The position numbers were made by a program, and so were the translations under genes. A stretch of 64,000 nt of DNA from Magallana gigas (Eukaryota), in contig NC_088854.1 of NCBI RefSeq assembly GCF_963853765.1, forward strand, positions 23,560,001-23,624,000, read 5' to 3'. Position 1 is the stretch's first letter. The number at the start of each line of letters is the position of its first letter. Below the pieces are notes generated by a model, which saw nothing but the letters and a program-made list of their open reading frames with translations, ran no database searches and was not told the DNA's origin. This document shows positions 13,429 to 24,980 of the stretch, piece by piece.

Positions 13429-15030
13429 GGTAGATCTACAAGGGGTCAGTGACCTGTTCACCCCTAATACCCCCCCCCCCCCCCAACAAAATAGCTCCTG
13501 AGTAAAAAAAAAAGGAAAATGGATTTCTCCTTTCTTCCCCTCCTAGTCTTGGATTTTTTTATTTATTTTGGACTAAGGTGTTTGTAGAACCTGGTGAATG
13601 GAACAATGCACGAGATAATATTGGTTTACATAAAGTCTTTATACTAGCATACATGTATGTAATGAAACCATGATATTTTGTTCAGGCACCTAGCATCGTA
13701 GCAAAGTGGGTTGAGGGCAAACTCATCCAATCTTGCCTTGAAAAAAACCCCAACTCAAAAATACTTTTTAAATAATTGAAAATCCTAATCCGTGGGGGTA
13801 GGGGGCCAAGTGTACCTTTAACTTCAATTTCACAGTTTATTTCCTCTCTTTCATTTCAAATTTTACATGGTCCCAAAAACATTGGGGGGGGGGGGTGAAA
13901 CTGTATGTTAATTTACTTTTTTATAACCATTCCAACCCCCCCCCCCCCCCCCCCCCCCCGATGCTAAGTGCCTGTTGTTTTCCTGTAACATTGATTTTGA
14001 TTGTTCTCTCAATTATTTATTTAATTTTTTGGTGTAAAATCTAATGTACATAACATTTTTATCACTTCTGATCATATTTTTCATATAAAAATCGCATTTT
14101 TAAATTGCACATATATCAGTTCGAAGTTCCTCCAAATAGCTTTCGAATTTCCTCCCAATCGTTTACCGATCCCGATGGAAAGTCGGTTCACGCATGCGCA
14201 CATCCTGGTTATAGTGCCTGGTTATGGGATATAAAAAATACCCTATTCTATACCTCATACATTCCATCAATGGCGGAAATGACGTACTGTTGGTTTATAA
14301 GCGGAGGTTTGCATACGTAATTATGCAAAATGAAAATAACGTCAAATGTCAATACATGTAATTAAAATTATCTTATCGTGCAATTACCGAAATAAGGAAT
14401 CATTACCTAGGTGTAAATTCTCACAAAGGTTTAAGATTTTGAATGCCATGGGCTGTTTCTTAAAGAACGCGACGGTCAAATTTATGATGGCATAATCAAC
14501 CCACCAATTTTGGAATGTTCGTTTTGGGTTTTTTTTTTATTTTGGCCACAGATACAGATCATTCTCAATCCGATGAATATAATTTATATTTTCACGATTT
14601 TTAAAACTATGATTAACAACTCCCAACTATAGTTAACGAAATTCAAAATAAACAATACTCTACAGATGTGGATCTATTTTTAATAAATACGTTTATCTTC
14701 AGACAAATAAATTTGATTAGCACTGTTTAACTAAATGGCTTACAGCCATTAAACTTGTGTATGAGTTTACAGTGAAATAAATGGTTAACAAATCGTTAAC
14801 TTTAGTTCCGATTCGTAAACTATAGTTTATAGTCGATAAACTTAGTTTATCAACTATTATTTAAAACTATGTTTGGCTCATTTATATGAATTTGGCGCAC
14901 CATTAATATGATATGATACCGGGTTGATTCGCACTGCCGTTTCAAACTACATACAGTTCGGTGAAAAACAAGGAACAACATATGTGCAATTCAAAAATTT
15001 ACTTGTAAATAAAAAAAAAAGCAGAAACGT

Positions 15031-16943
15031 TTATCCTAGATGGTGTCCATGTCCGTGAAGATGAGCGAGATCATGTAGAATCTATGAAATAAGATTTTAA
15101 GCATGTATCGGCGGGGAAAAAAATCGTTCACACATGTGGATAATATATCATATTAATTGATATCAAAGATTCAGTTTTAATTTGCAAAACAATGACACCA
15201 ACCTGGTTCCAAAAATTGTAGAAATCGGTTTTGCTTACGGTACCATCTCCTGGAAAGTGATTTCGAAAACGATATAACAGCTATCAACAATTTGAAGTAC
15301 ATTATTTACCGTAAGGTGACAGAATCGTTATATTACCATCAATATCCATTTTTGCGTAGAGTTCATCAAGATCTTGCATCCCTAGATGGTGGTCACCATC
15401 AGCATCATAAATATCATAGAGCGCATGCGCATAGCTCAAAAGCTCTGGTGTCTGTGCACTCAAGAAAGTTGTGTATTCGTGGCGTGTGATCGTTCCATCC
15501 TCTTAAATAAGTATGTATATTAAATAATTTATATTATCATTATTTAATAATTTTATCTAAAATCAAAGGAAAAACAACTCAAGTCTGGTACGCACTGTTT
15601 AGGTCATAGTAGGCAAGTATTGTGTGGAGTTCCGCCACCGAGAGGACGTCATCGTTGTCGGTGTTACTGCTCGTCCAGTATTTGTCTATGTGCTCTTGGT
15701 ATTGATCCTCTGTAAGCCCCTCATGGTGTCCATGGTTCTGACTTTAAAACAGCAAACATAAATTATGGCCACTGCAATATTACACCCCCCCCCCCCCCCC
15801 ATTACCCCAACATACTCACATTTTCAGTCTATGGACGGCAAAACTTTCTTTCTTGCTTTAAGAGGTTATTTTTTAAAAGACTTTATTATTCTCATTGAAA
15901 AGAAAAATTCTGTATACAATTTTTAAACAAAATTAAAACTAAACTTTTTGGATTTGTTCCCTCTTTTCTGGGTTTTGATATATCAAAATATTATATTGAT
16001 TTTGTTTAAGCTGGTCTGTTTCGTATTTTAGCATTTTTTTGAAAATAAGTTGTTCGTCGTGCATTATTGTCTTTTTTACCCTTCCCCCCATAGGCGTGTC
16101 ATGATTTTGACCCAAGATTATTTAAGCAAGTTTAAGGTCATTGAAAAAATAAGTTACTAATTTGTGTCTGCTTTATACTTTTCTTACGGAGAAACATTAC
16201 ACGTTCTTACTTCATATAAAGATTGCTTATGACATGAGGATATGTTAGGAACTTTACCCCGGGTCAGTTGTGCAAGTTCATGGTCATTGTTTAAAGAAAC
16301 GCATAATTCATGTCTAAGCTATTATAATATCTTGTTATGGAAAATGATTAAAGGCTAAAATTTGACACAAAGATTGCCTGTGACCTGTAATATCTGTATA
16401 ACCCCTTGGTTATTTGTGCAAGTTCAAGGTTACTATAGGATGAGAGGTGTATCAATTACATTCTTGTAGAGAAATACTTGAGTTATTCTATTTTTTAGCG
16501 GGAGTATCATTTGTGAGCTTGCTCACAGCACATCTAGTTAATAGATTTATAAATAGATTTATGAATTTTGTTGTAAAAATAATAATGGTGTGAGATTTTT
16601 TTCAGCTAATGTTAACTACGGAGAGATTTGGGGTTTGAATTCAGTGTGTTTTTATAAATCTTTTTTTTTCCGAACTATTTAATATTGAGAGGAAATAAAC
16701 TAATCTTGACCTGCAGACCTAACCCCGTAAAGAAAATAAGCATGGTACCGTCAGTTGGTTTTTAAAATCTGTATGTTTGACTGTGTGAAAGTTTCCGAAT
16801 GATATAAGAATTAGAAGTATAACTAAAAAAAATGATTGAAATTTTGAAGGTAGACCTAATATAGCTGATTACAGTTAACTTTTGAGAACTTACCTATAAG
16901 CAGGTGTGCTTGCAACAAAAACAATAAGCAAGAAGGAAATCAT
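15031..16943 (-). CDS. Secreted His-rich EF-hand protein, paralog 1 (resembles bivalve insoluble shell-matrix EF-hand proteins)
   Basis: Exons 16894-16943, 15596-15741, 15337-15501, 15203-15249, 15031-15081, all GT-AG and in phase. Signal peptide MISFLLIVFVASTPAYS, loops DLNKDGTITRHE, DADGDHHLGMQD, DIDGDGTVSKTD, C-terminus ILHDLAHLHGHGHHLG*. Confidence 0.9.
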
Positions 16944-17789
16944 GATCACATAGAAGCTGGCAAATTCCAGAGCAACGACGTCTATGAAACGTGCATTGAC
17001 AATGGGACTGGAGCCTTTTTGAAGGTTGACGCATATTTATACGAGTACCAGCACATTGCACTTCTCAGCGATAACTTTAGAGTTTTCATTCTATGGATAA
17101 TAATAGGTTGACAAGATATGAATATCCTACATATTGTTAATACAGTAGCAAAATTATCTAAGGGTCATCCTAATATAGGTTGTATCGTTTTACAGAGAAG
17201 GAGAGAGAAAGAGAAAACGTAAAAGATGCCATATTCAGATAACCTCTATTCAAGGTTTATTGTGCCCAATATACTTATATAACATTTCACCTGAGGCCAG
17301 GATTACCTTTGCTCAGTTTGGATTTTAAAAAACAATTTTTATACGTTCAACGTTTTAATTAAAAAATTGTTCTATACTAAAAACTATGCTTTTAATAATA
17401 TTACGTTTTATATCCATATTCTGTGTATTAAAGGAAGATACGCAACGACCAAGAAAGATTTACATTGAAACCGAAGAAATTTGAACTAACTTTTTTTCAC
17501 ATATTTTTCATATTTTTGAAGCAATTATGAACAAGAAGTAAGTTCAATGATATTTAAAATATTATTTTGCAGATTTTGTGTCATTAAAATATTGGTTGCA
17601 TTTTGAGTCCTTGTATTATCCTAACAAAATAGGTCGAATTAAGAAAATTGGAAGAAGAAATTCGAATAACATAAAAATTAAAACTTTGACAATGAATTAA
17701 TATTTATAATATATAATATAATGTATAATAGGAAGCGTCCTCATTATTTGGTTGTTCTCCTTCTCTCTGCTCCATATAGCAATATAATG

Positions 17790-19600
17790 ACTTCCTATTG
17801 GAGTTGAGGATCTGCAGTTTATCCGAACCTTGAGGCCCAGATGTTCTTAAGCATGGTAAATGCAGCACTTGCCTTGCCAATTTTTGGCTTGATGTCACGG
17901 TCTTGGCCACTTTGCGTGCCAACCATACTTCCCGGGTAGATGAAGGGTTCAACTTTGATGGGCTCATCAACATTTGCGACTGGTGTTTGGGAAGTGGTGG
18001 TGATCTTCCATTTTCTGTTGTCTACTTTGATCTTGATTCCCGCTCCTGTTGATGCTGTTTTTGTCCTGCATTTGTTTTTGTGATGCGAAAGGAGAGCCAA
18101 ATCATCGGCAAAGTCGAGATAATTGATTTGCACCAGGACTGTCCAAAATAATGAAAATATACCATTCTTCCTGCCTGATGCGGCAGTCCTCATGATATAG
18201 TCAATAACCCAGAGGAAGAGGTATGGTGACAGTTAACATCCTTGTCGAATACTGTCATGACATCAAAATTATCGGACCTCTCACCAACATCGGCAACTTT
18301 GTAGGTCATGCGATGGTAGGTGTTGCAAATCAGGGAGATGAGCTTCTCGGGTACTCCATATTGCCTCAGCATCCTCCACAATGTATCTCAGTCCACTTTG
18401 TCGAACGTTTTCTCATTTTCGATGACGTTGATATTTAGGGGGTATTTCCAAACTGAACAGCGCTCGTAAATAGACACTGATCGCCATATTTTTCTTTCAA
18501 CACTATCCCTACAACCCCTATATTACCCACAGACATCTTAACAGTTCAAAATATTTCGCTGTATAGAGGTCTCACCTGTTTAGGAGTAAATCTTGCTCCA
18601 ACGTGTTTCTCAGTCGCGACGAAATTATTAAATTTTCGCATTTTTTTTCAAGCCAGAAGAATACTAGCATTAAATGAACAGGCCAATCCATTATTTACAA
18701 ACAGAATATGCACATAAAAAGGAAATGCATGTATAAAATACTACACGCCAGCCACGAGTTTCAGGTCTGCAATCGGATGTAACGAAAGTTTATATACCTG
18801 TGTGACGATGCCTATTGACAAGCGGTGTTCACCATCTTAAAAGCTGTTTCTGTGTCAGCTTTGACGGCCTATCTGTTATTTTCCGAGATTTGGCAATTGG
18901 TTTTCTAATCTCTGTCGTAGATATAGCTTGTTGCAGTCGTATCATCTTTGTTTGGTGTTGGTCTGTTTGATAGCTCTCCGAAGTGATCTACTCATCTCAC
19001 AAATTGTTCCTCTGTTGTTGTGAGAGGGTTCCCGTTCTTGTCCTTCATTGGCTTGTCTGTCCACTAGAACCTGTTGGAGAGCTCTTGGTGATCATATACA
19101 GTTCTTTAAAGCTTCCTTGTCATGCAGCTTCTTTAGTTTGTTTTGACATGTTGTCAGTGTGATCCCGATTATACCGGGTATTTCCTGAAGCTTTTTGAAT
19201 ATCTTTCTCTGTTGTTGTGTACTACAGCTATTCTCGAGTTTTTGCATTTACTGTCCTTGCCCAGCTTCCGTTCAATCCCGCCTTCTTTTCCTTCCAGTTT
19301 ATTTCTTTCCAGTTTCCTCATGGTATCTTCAAAGATTCACTAACGTTGAGCCTTTCTCCTGTCAAGGACTTCCTCAGATGTGTCTCACCAGATTTATTTG
19401 ACGTGCTGCCATTGTGTATCATTTTTTGGCATTATCGTTTTCTAACAGGTATTGTAGGGATTGAAACCTGTTGGACAAAATGAAGTAGAATGCTGTATTG
19501 ACTTTATTTGTTTTGGGCGCATTTAGGTTGTATCTGGTCCCCGTGTTTGTCGTGTTTTTTTTTTAATACTTTTTGAGGCGTAGACTTGCTGGCATCATCA
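17790..19600 (-). mobile_element. Decayed non-LTR retrotransposon (RTE-like) ORF2 remnant
   Basis: Frameshifted RT motifs WRMLRQYGVPEKLISLI, INYLDFADDLALLSHH and KIGKASAAFTMLKNIW. Linker motifs KDKNGNPLTTTEEQ, DHFGELSNRPTP and KADTETA at ~18.8-19.1 kb. Stops and indels present. Confidence 0.85.
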
Positions 19601-21212
19601 GAAGGTTGTGGTCTGATAAAATCCTCTCTCATCACCCCGACCTAAACTGATCATTAATGTTGCAGCAAAATTTGATTTGGCACACTAGGGATTTTCACTC
19701 TGACTATTTTATAAGAGTATTTTTAATTACTATAGTACTTTTTGAAGATTTATTTTCAAAGGCCTTCAGCAATAAGTATTAAGTTCAATGATTACTTTCC
19801 AGGACCACTTGGTTGCAGATCCAGTACAGTCCGTTCTTGTGCAGTGTTATCTTTAGGGACAGCAACTGCTATTTTACAAGGATACTAGTATATGCCAATT
19901 TCCTTTGGAGGAGTTACCAAGGTATTTCACAAATGGTTTAATAAGTCTTTTATGTGAAACCTATGATTCCCTTTTTTTGGATCACTCGGTTCAAGACCCT
20001 GCAGGGCAATCCGTTCCTTTTCAGAGTTAACTGCGCGTTAATGTTTTATAGTATTCAAGGCCTCATAGTTTTCCACTTCTTTAGATTCACATATAAGAAA
20101 AAAATCCCACAATGAATACAATTTATACTGAAGAGAAATTTGTGGGAGAGAAAAAAGAAGAAAACTGTTTTGAATATCATTCGATATCAGAAATAAATAT
20201 ATCACATTATTCTGAAAAATCTTTGCACGACTACAAATGGAAGTGTCTTATGGCTTTTTACTTTAAAATTTCACAAAGAGCAGACGACTCTTTTAAAAAG
20301 TTTTAAGTGCAAAAATTTCAATGAAGTGACTTCATACATACACCAGAGTTTGGTTTATGTCAGCCACATACATGTAATAGCTTTAAAATACGTAGTTGAT
20401 GTAGTCTAGTTAAATTTGCCTTAGTTATGGATGGACTACCTTAAAAAGATACTACCAAGAATGTAAAGATTTCTAAAGCTTGTGAAAATATGATATGAAG
20501 CACTTTTAAGAAATCATTTTTATTGAGAAACAAGTTCTGGTCAGGGTAAGCGACGATCCACTTCTTCAAGGTGAAAACATGATCAAACACCATGTTAGAG
20601 TTCTGATGATGACGACAAAAGCACATATGCACGTATGCATTATTTCTGCATAGAACCAGGTTTCTTTAGATATAACTTATATTCACATACACATTTACTT
20701 GCAGCTTCATTTAGCTTATCTCCTGTGCAGTTGCCGTAAACTAGAATGTGCGGCCATCTTGTACATTTGTTTTGCTTTTTTTATCTTTTGGAAACATTTT
20801 TGGCCAGTTTCGGACAGAAACAAGCCAGTTCAAGAAATGTTTACATTCTTATCCTCAAATGTTTAAGATGGCCGCACATCCCCTTTAAATCTACATGCAT
20901 GTGATATTTCAATTTGTTTTATTGTAAGGGGTGTTAGAATGAGATTTTTTGTTTATGAAAAAAATTGATAATTCCAAAAACCTAAACCATATTTCAATGA
21001 CCTTTGTTTGAAACAGATTTCCTGTTGTTGTGTTGAGACAAAATAAGTACACAAAAACAGAATGGATTTCTTGATTTCTAAATACTAGTATAGTAATACT
21101 GGTCCAATTGCAGTATTTTTTTAAACACGTAATTACTCTCCCAGAGCTAGCTTGGTGACATATACAGGAAAAACAAATGTAAGATTTAAATATTTATTGC
21201 TAATTAAAATTT

Positions 21213-22090
21213 CTATCCAACAAGATGTTGTCCGTGCCCATGTAGATGAGCGAGAGCATGCAGGGTCTGTAAAAGATGGATATATACAATGTACATGCAC
21301 CGGAAGAGGAAATAATTCTTAATAGTTTTAATTTTTCCCTTTTGAATGATATTAACCACCGACCTGGTTCCAAAACGTGTAGAAATCAGTTTTGCTTACA
21401 GTACCATCTCCTGAAATGTGATGTCGAAGACGTGTCACAGCTATGTAAAATTAGTATTTGCTTTAAGCTAACAGAAAAATTGTATTACCATCACTATCCA
21501 TTTTGGAGTAGAGTGCATCAAGATCTTGCATCCCTAGATGGTGGTCACCATTGGCGTCGTATATATCATAGAGCGCATGCGCATAGCTCGACAGATCTGG
21601 TGCCTGTGAACTTATGAGATTTGTGTATTCGTGGCGTGTGATCGTTCCATCCTCTAAAATATGTACATTTGAAATAATGCTCAGTCGAAAAGCAAGCATT
21701 AAATCTAACAAAATGGTTTTTAGTTGGATTTAAGATTGGAACGCACTGTTTGTGTCATAGTGGACAAATACGTCATGGAGTTCCACCAGTGAGAGGACGT
21801 CATTGTTGTCATAGTTACTGCCCGTCCATAATTCGGTGATGTGTTGTTGGTACTGGGCCTCTGTAAGCTCATGGTGTCCATGGTTTTGACTTGTGATTTA
21901 AAAGAAATTAAGTGTTGCCAGAAACCACTACAACCTCAACAATCTATTCTAGCCATTTGGAATAAAAATGTCAACTTTGCAAAACTCTATTTTGCTTTAA
22001 ATATGCAGTTACATGTAATATATTTATTTTGAGGACTTACCAGTAAATAGTTGTGCTTGCCCCCAAAATAACAAGCAAGGATGAAATCAT
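21213..22090 (-). CDS. Secreted His-rich EF-hand protein, paralog 2
   Basis: Exons 22041-22090, 21747-21889, 21489-21653, 21364-21410, 21213-21266. MISSLLVILGASTTIYC-QNHGHH..., loops DTNKDGTITRHE, DANGDHHLGMQD, DSDGDGTVSKTD, end TLHALAHLHGHGQHLVG*. Confidence 0.9.
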
Positions 22091-22661
22091 GATCGTTTAC
22101 GTGTAGTTTTCAGAGCAATGCCTTGGAAACGTGCTTTGATAAGGATTGGAAGTCTTATGACTGGCGGAGTCCCTTCATTGCACAACACAGCGATAAATAC
22201 TAGCAAGTTAAAGTTTATGATTTTCATCTTAAATAATTAAATAATTTACTAGAATTTGTTAACATGATAGTTTTTACCGAACTGGTATCAAATGTGTGAA
22301 ATATGAAAATATATTTCTGTTTTTGCTTTCATTGGGTGAAATCACTTACATGTATATAATTATATCATCGTTTGTCCTGATTTTCTTGAAAAGGAAATTA
22401 GTATGAAATGATATAGGCCTACATGTAGGTCTATGATGCACAGAACACGGAATGAATGAAAAGGCAATGATTAATGCCTCATAAGATACACACACAAAAA
22501 TCTTTTATTAACTTGGCAAAAACAAAATAAATCAGAAGCATTCTGTTGATTTTTTAAAAATTACAACTGAATACAATTAATTGTGAGCTTTATGTAACAG
22601 TCTTATCAATACGTGTGCGCTTTATCAGTTCAAATGGTTGAACATCATTGAGTTCCCCCGA

Positions 22662-22667
22662 TATAAA
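22662..22667 (+). promoter_or_regulatory. Candidate TATA box of paralog 3
   Basis: TATAAA about 55 nt upstream of the ATG at 22723; the TSS is not known. Confidence 0.35.
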
Positions 22668-22722
22668 GATAAGACTCAAATCAAGACCTCTTTATATTCC
22701 AATTACTAGTACCTACGGCAAT

Positions 22723-24245
22723 ATGGAGCGTCTTTTTTTGGTCTGTGCTCTCTTTGGTGTGGCCTTCTCGGTCCAGTAAGAAACATATTTATTTGTATTA
22801 TTTATAATTATCAATAGTTTAGTTCAATTCATAGGCTTATTTTCAATATTCGGTTAATCAAAGTGACTGAACATTTATTTTCTTTTGTTCGATCAATGAT
22901 ACATTTATGTCTATCAAAGGATTCATATTCTAGTTAATTAATTTAGCATATGACAAAACTACGAGGAAATTAAACAAAGTATCAAAAGTCAATAATTGAC
23001 TGACGGATGCGCCCCTGGGGCATCTTTGACATAGTCTGTGTTGTCGCTCGACAAGGAAGAGGTGCTTTGACGAGAGCAGAACAAAACTTTTTTGTCTCAA
23101 GTAAATTGGTTATGTTAGCATACGTCATTTAGGCTCCTAACCTGTATGTTTATTTCCTGAATAGAGTCGACTTCCGCCCATACGACCAGTCCGCCCTGCT
23201 GCTTTTCCAAGGATCTGACGCCGATCATGACGGAATCTTTTCCCGCCAAGAGCTGGACAACGAATTCGTGAAATATGACGCTAATGGTTAAAAATATTTA
23301 AGTTCATAACAATCGTTTTAATGACATAAAAATAATAGATTAAACAAAAAGATATCTGTTATAATATTGCTGATGTATCAATAGCAATCATGTGTTTAAA
23401 CCTTTTAATCTACAGGCGATGGCCGCGTTTCCCGCCACGAGTACACAGAGTACGTCACTCTGTCCACACCGTCACTTCATGAATTTTCGCATGCGCTGTA
23501 TGATGATTATGACGTTTCCGGTGATCATCATCTGGACAAACACGATTATGATATGTACTACGCCAAACTTGATGCTGACGGTAAAACTTGTTCTATATAA
23601 CATTCATAGTCTAAATGTTTTACTTTTTCAGTGATCAGAGCTAAACAAAAGGAATATTGAAACAGGGAAACAATGAACACATATACAAACCATGCTATGC
23701 AAAATTGTATTTCATGTACATGACATGCATGCATATATTCACATTCTTGGTAAACATAAAGACACGTGATTTGGTTGATTTTAACATTCGGTGATTCGTT
23801 TTCCCACAAAGTACAGATGTTTGAGGGGGAAAAAAGCAAATAATTTGTAAACAACTCATTTCGATGATGAACATATCTGGTTCATACGTACAAAAACAAA
23901 TATGATAAAGAAATAAACATTGGCTTCTATTTTTATTTATTTTTTCACAAGGTGATGGATCCGTGACACAAGACGAGTTTGTCAACTACTGGGTCGATGT
24001 GAGTAGTAAATGCCACCCTAAACACCCTAGCCTTTCTAAGACTCACGTCTCATTCTCCAAAAAACTATATAAAAATAATCATATTACTAAGCTATAACAA
24101 TGGGGAAAACTCCATTTCGCATCTGCTATTCTAAATTTTCCTTTCAATGATGAGATTTTCTATTCGGTATTCAATGACGTGGATATTCTTTTTATAGCTT
24201 TTTATCCGAACTGAACATCTGCATGGAGCCCAAGGAAAGAAGTAA
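22723..24245 (+). CDS. Secreted EF-hand protein, paralog 3
   Basis: Exons 22723-22775, 23165-23286, 23416-23580, 23952-23998, 24198-24245. MERLFLVCALFGVAFSVQVDFRPYD..., loops DADHDGIFSRQE, DANGDGRVSRHE, DVSGDHHLDKHD, DADGDGSVTQDE, end LFIRTEHLHGAQGKK*. Confidence 0.92.
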
Positions 24246-24980
24246 ACCCAGTGATAAATGTATCTGTGATATCAATAAATCCCAACATGGTTCACCACCA
24301 TGTCTGTTTCAATGTTTTGATACGTGTTGTTTTGTTGTTTTATCTTGCTCTATTATTGGTTAAATTGATTGTTGTCTAAATTTCTGTAGGCAGCGAATGG
24401 CAAATTTTAGAAGGCAACACGGCGAACGGAAACTTTCATTCTCCTTTTCATATAAGTCTCTAAATAAGGAGTATTATGATGATGAAATATGTTCTGGGGT
24501 TATCAAATCCAATATAGCTCGAACGGCTTTCAGATAGATTTTATGACGCCGAAGTTGATCACCTAATAATACTCAATGAATAATTCCTTATTACTTACAT
24601 TTATATACATGTATGTTTCAGCTATTGTACGATTACATGTTTAGAGAGTTTTTGATGAAATGGACTATACATTACAAAAGTTTATAGTGTTATTACAGAC
24701 AAAGATAATGTAAAATGTAAATATTCATTGATAAACAAAAGAGTTTAGCCTCGACAAAACAATTAATATTGGTTTGCTCTTTTATGCATTTTGACACTTA
24801 AGCAAATTTTGATCACTAACAAACCCAGTGAGTAATATTATACAACATACAACACGACAACTAGAGATACATATGAATGTGTCCTGATATTAGCTTATCT
24901 ATTATCTAATGCAAGAATAAAAGGAATCGTCTTCGAATTTAAGTGACAAGTATCTTATCAAAATTTCCCCAGTGAGCAGC

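Larger units (their letters stand above)
4854..14256. mobile_element. 9.4-kb non-autonomous foldback-type DNA element with satellite-filled inverted arms
   Basis: The left end GAGGTATAGAATAGGGTACTTTTTATATCCCATAACCAGG is the reverse complement of the right end. About 0.9 kb (left) and 0.83 kb (right) of unique sequence pair as inverted repeats. ATACATT is duplicated at 4847-4853 and 14257-14263. No transposase ORF inside. Confidence 0.92.

Noticed and set aside
5737-13433. Dozens of long ORFs (up to 943 aa) in the satellite
   Set aside because: They result from a stop-poor 105-bp unit, occur on both strands, switch frames at 1-bp indels, and have no splice, signal or domain support. Not called as CDS.
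19790-20880. Possible orphan exons on the minus strand (e.g. HQNSNMVFDHVFTLKKW) and a small aagatggccgcacat inverted repeat
   Set aside because: No consistent exon chain or recognisable domain could be built; the inverted match is only ~15 bp.
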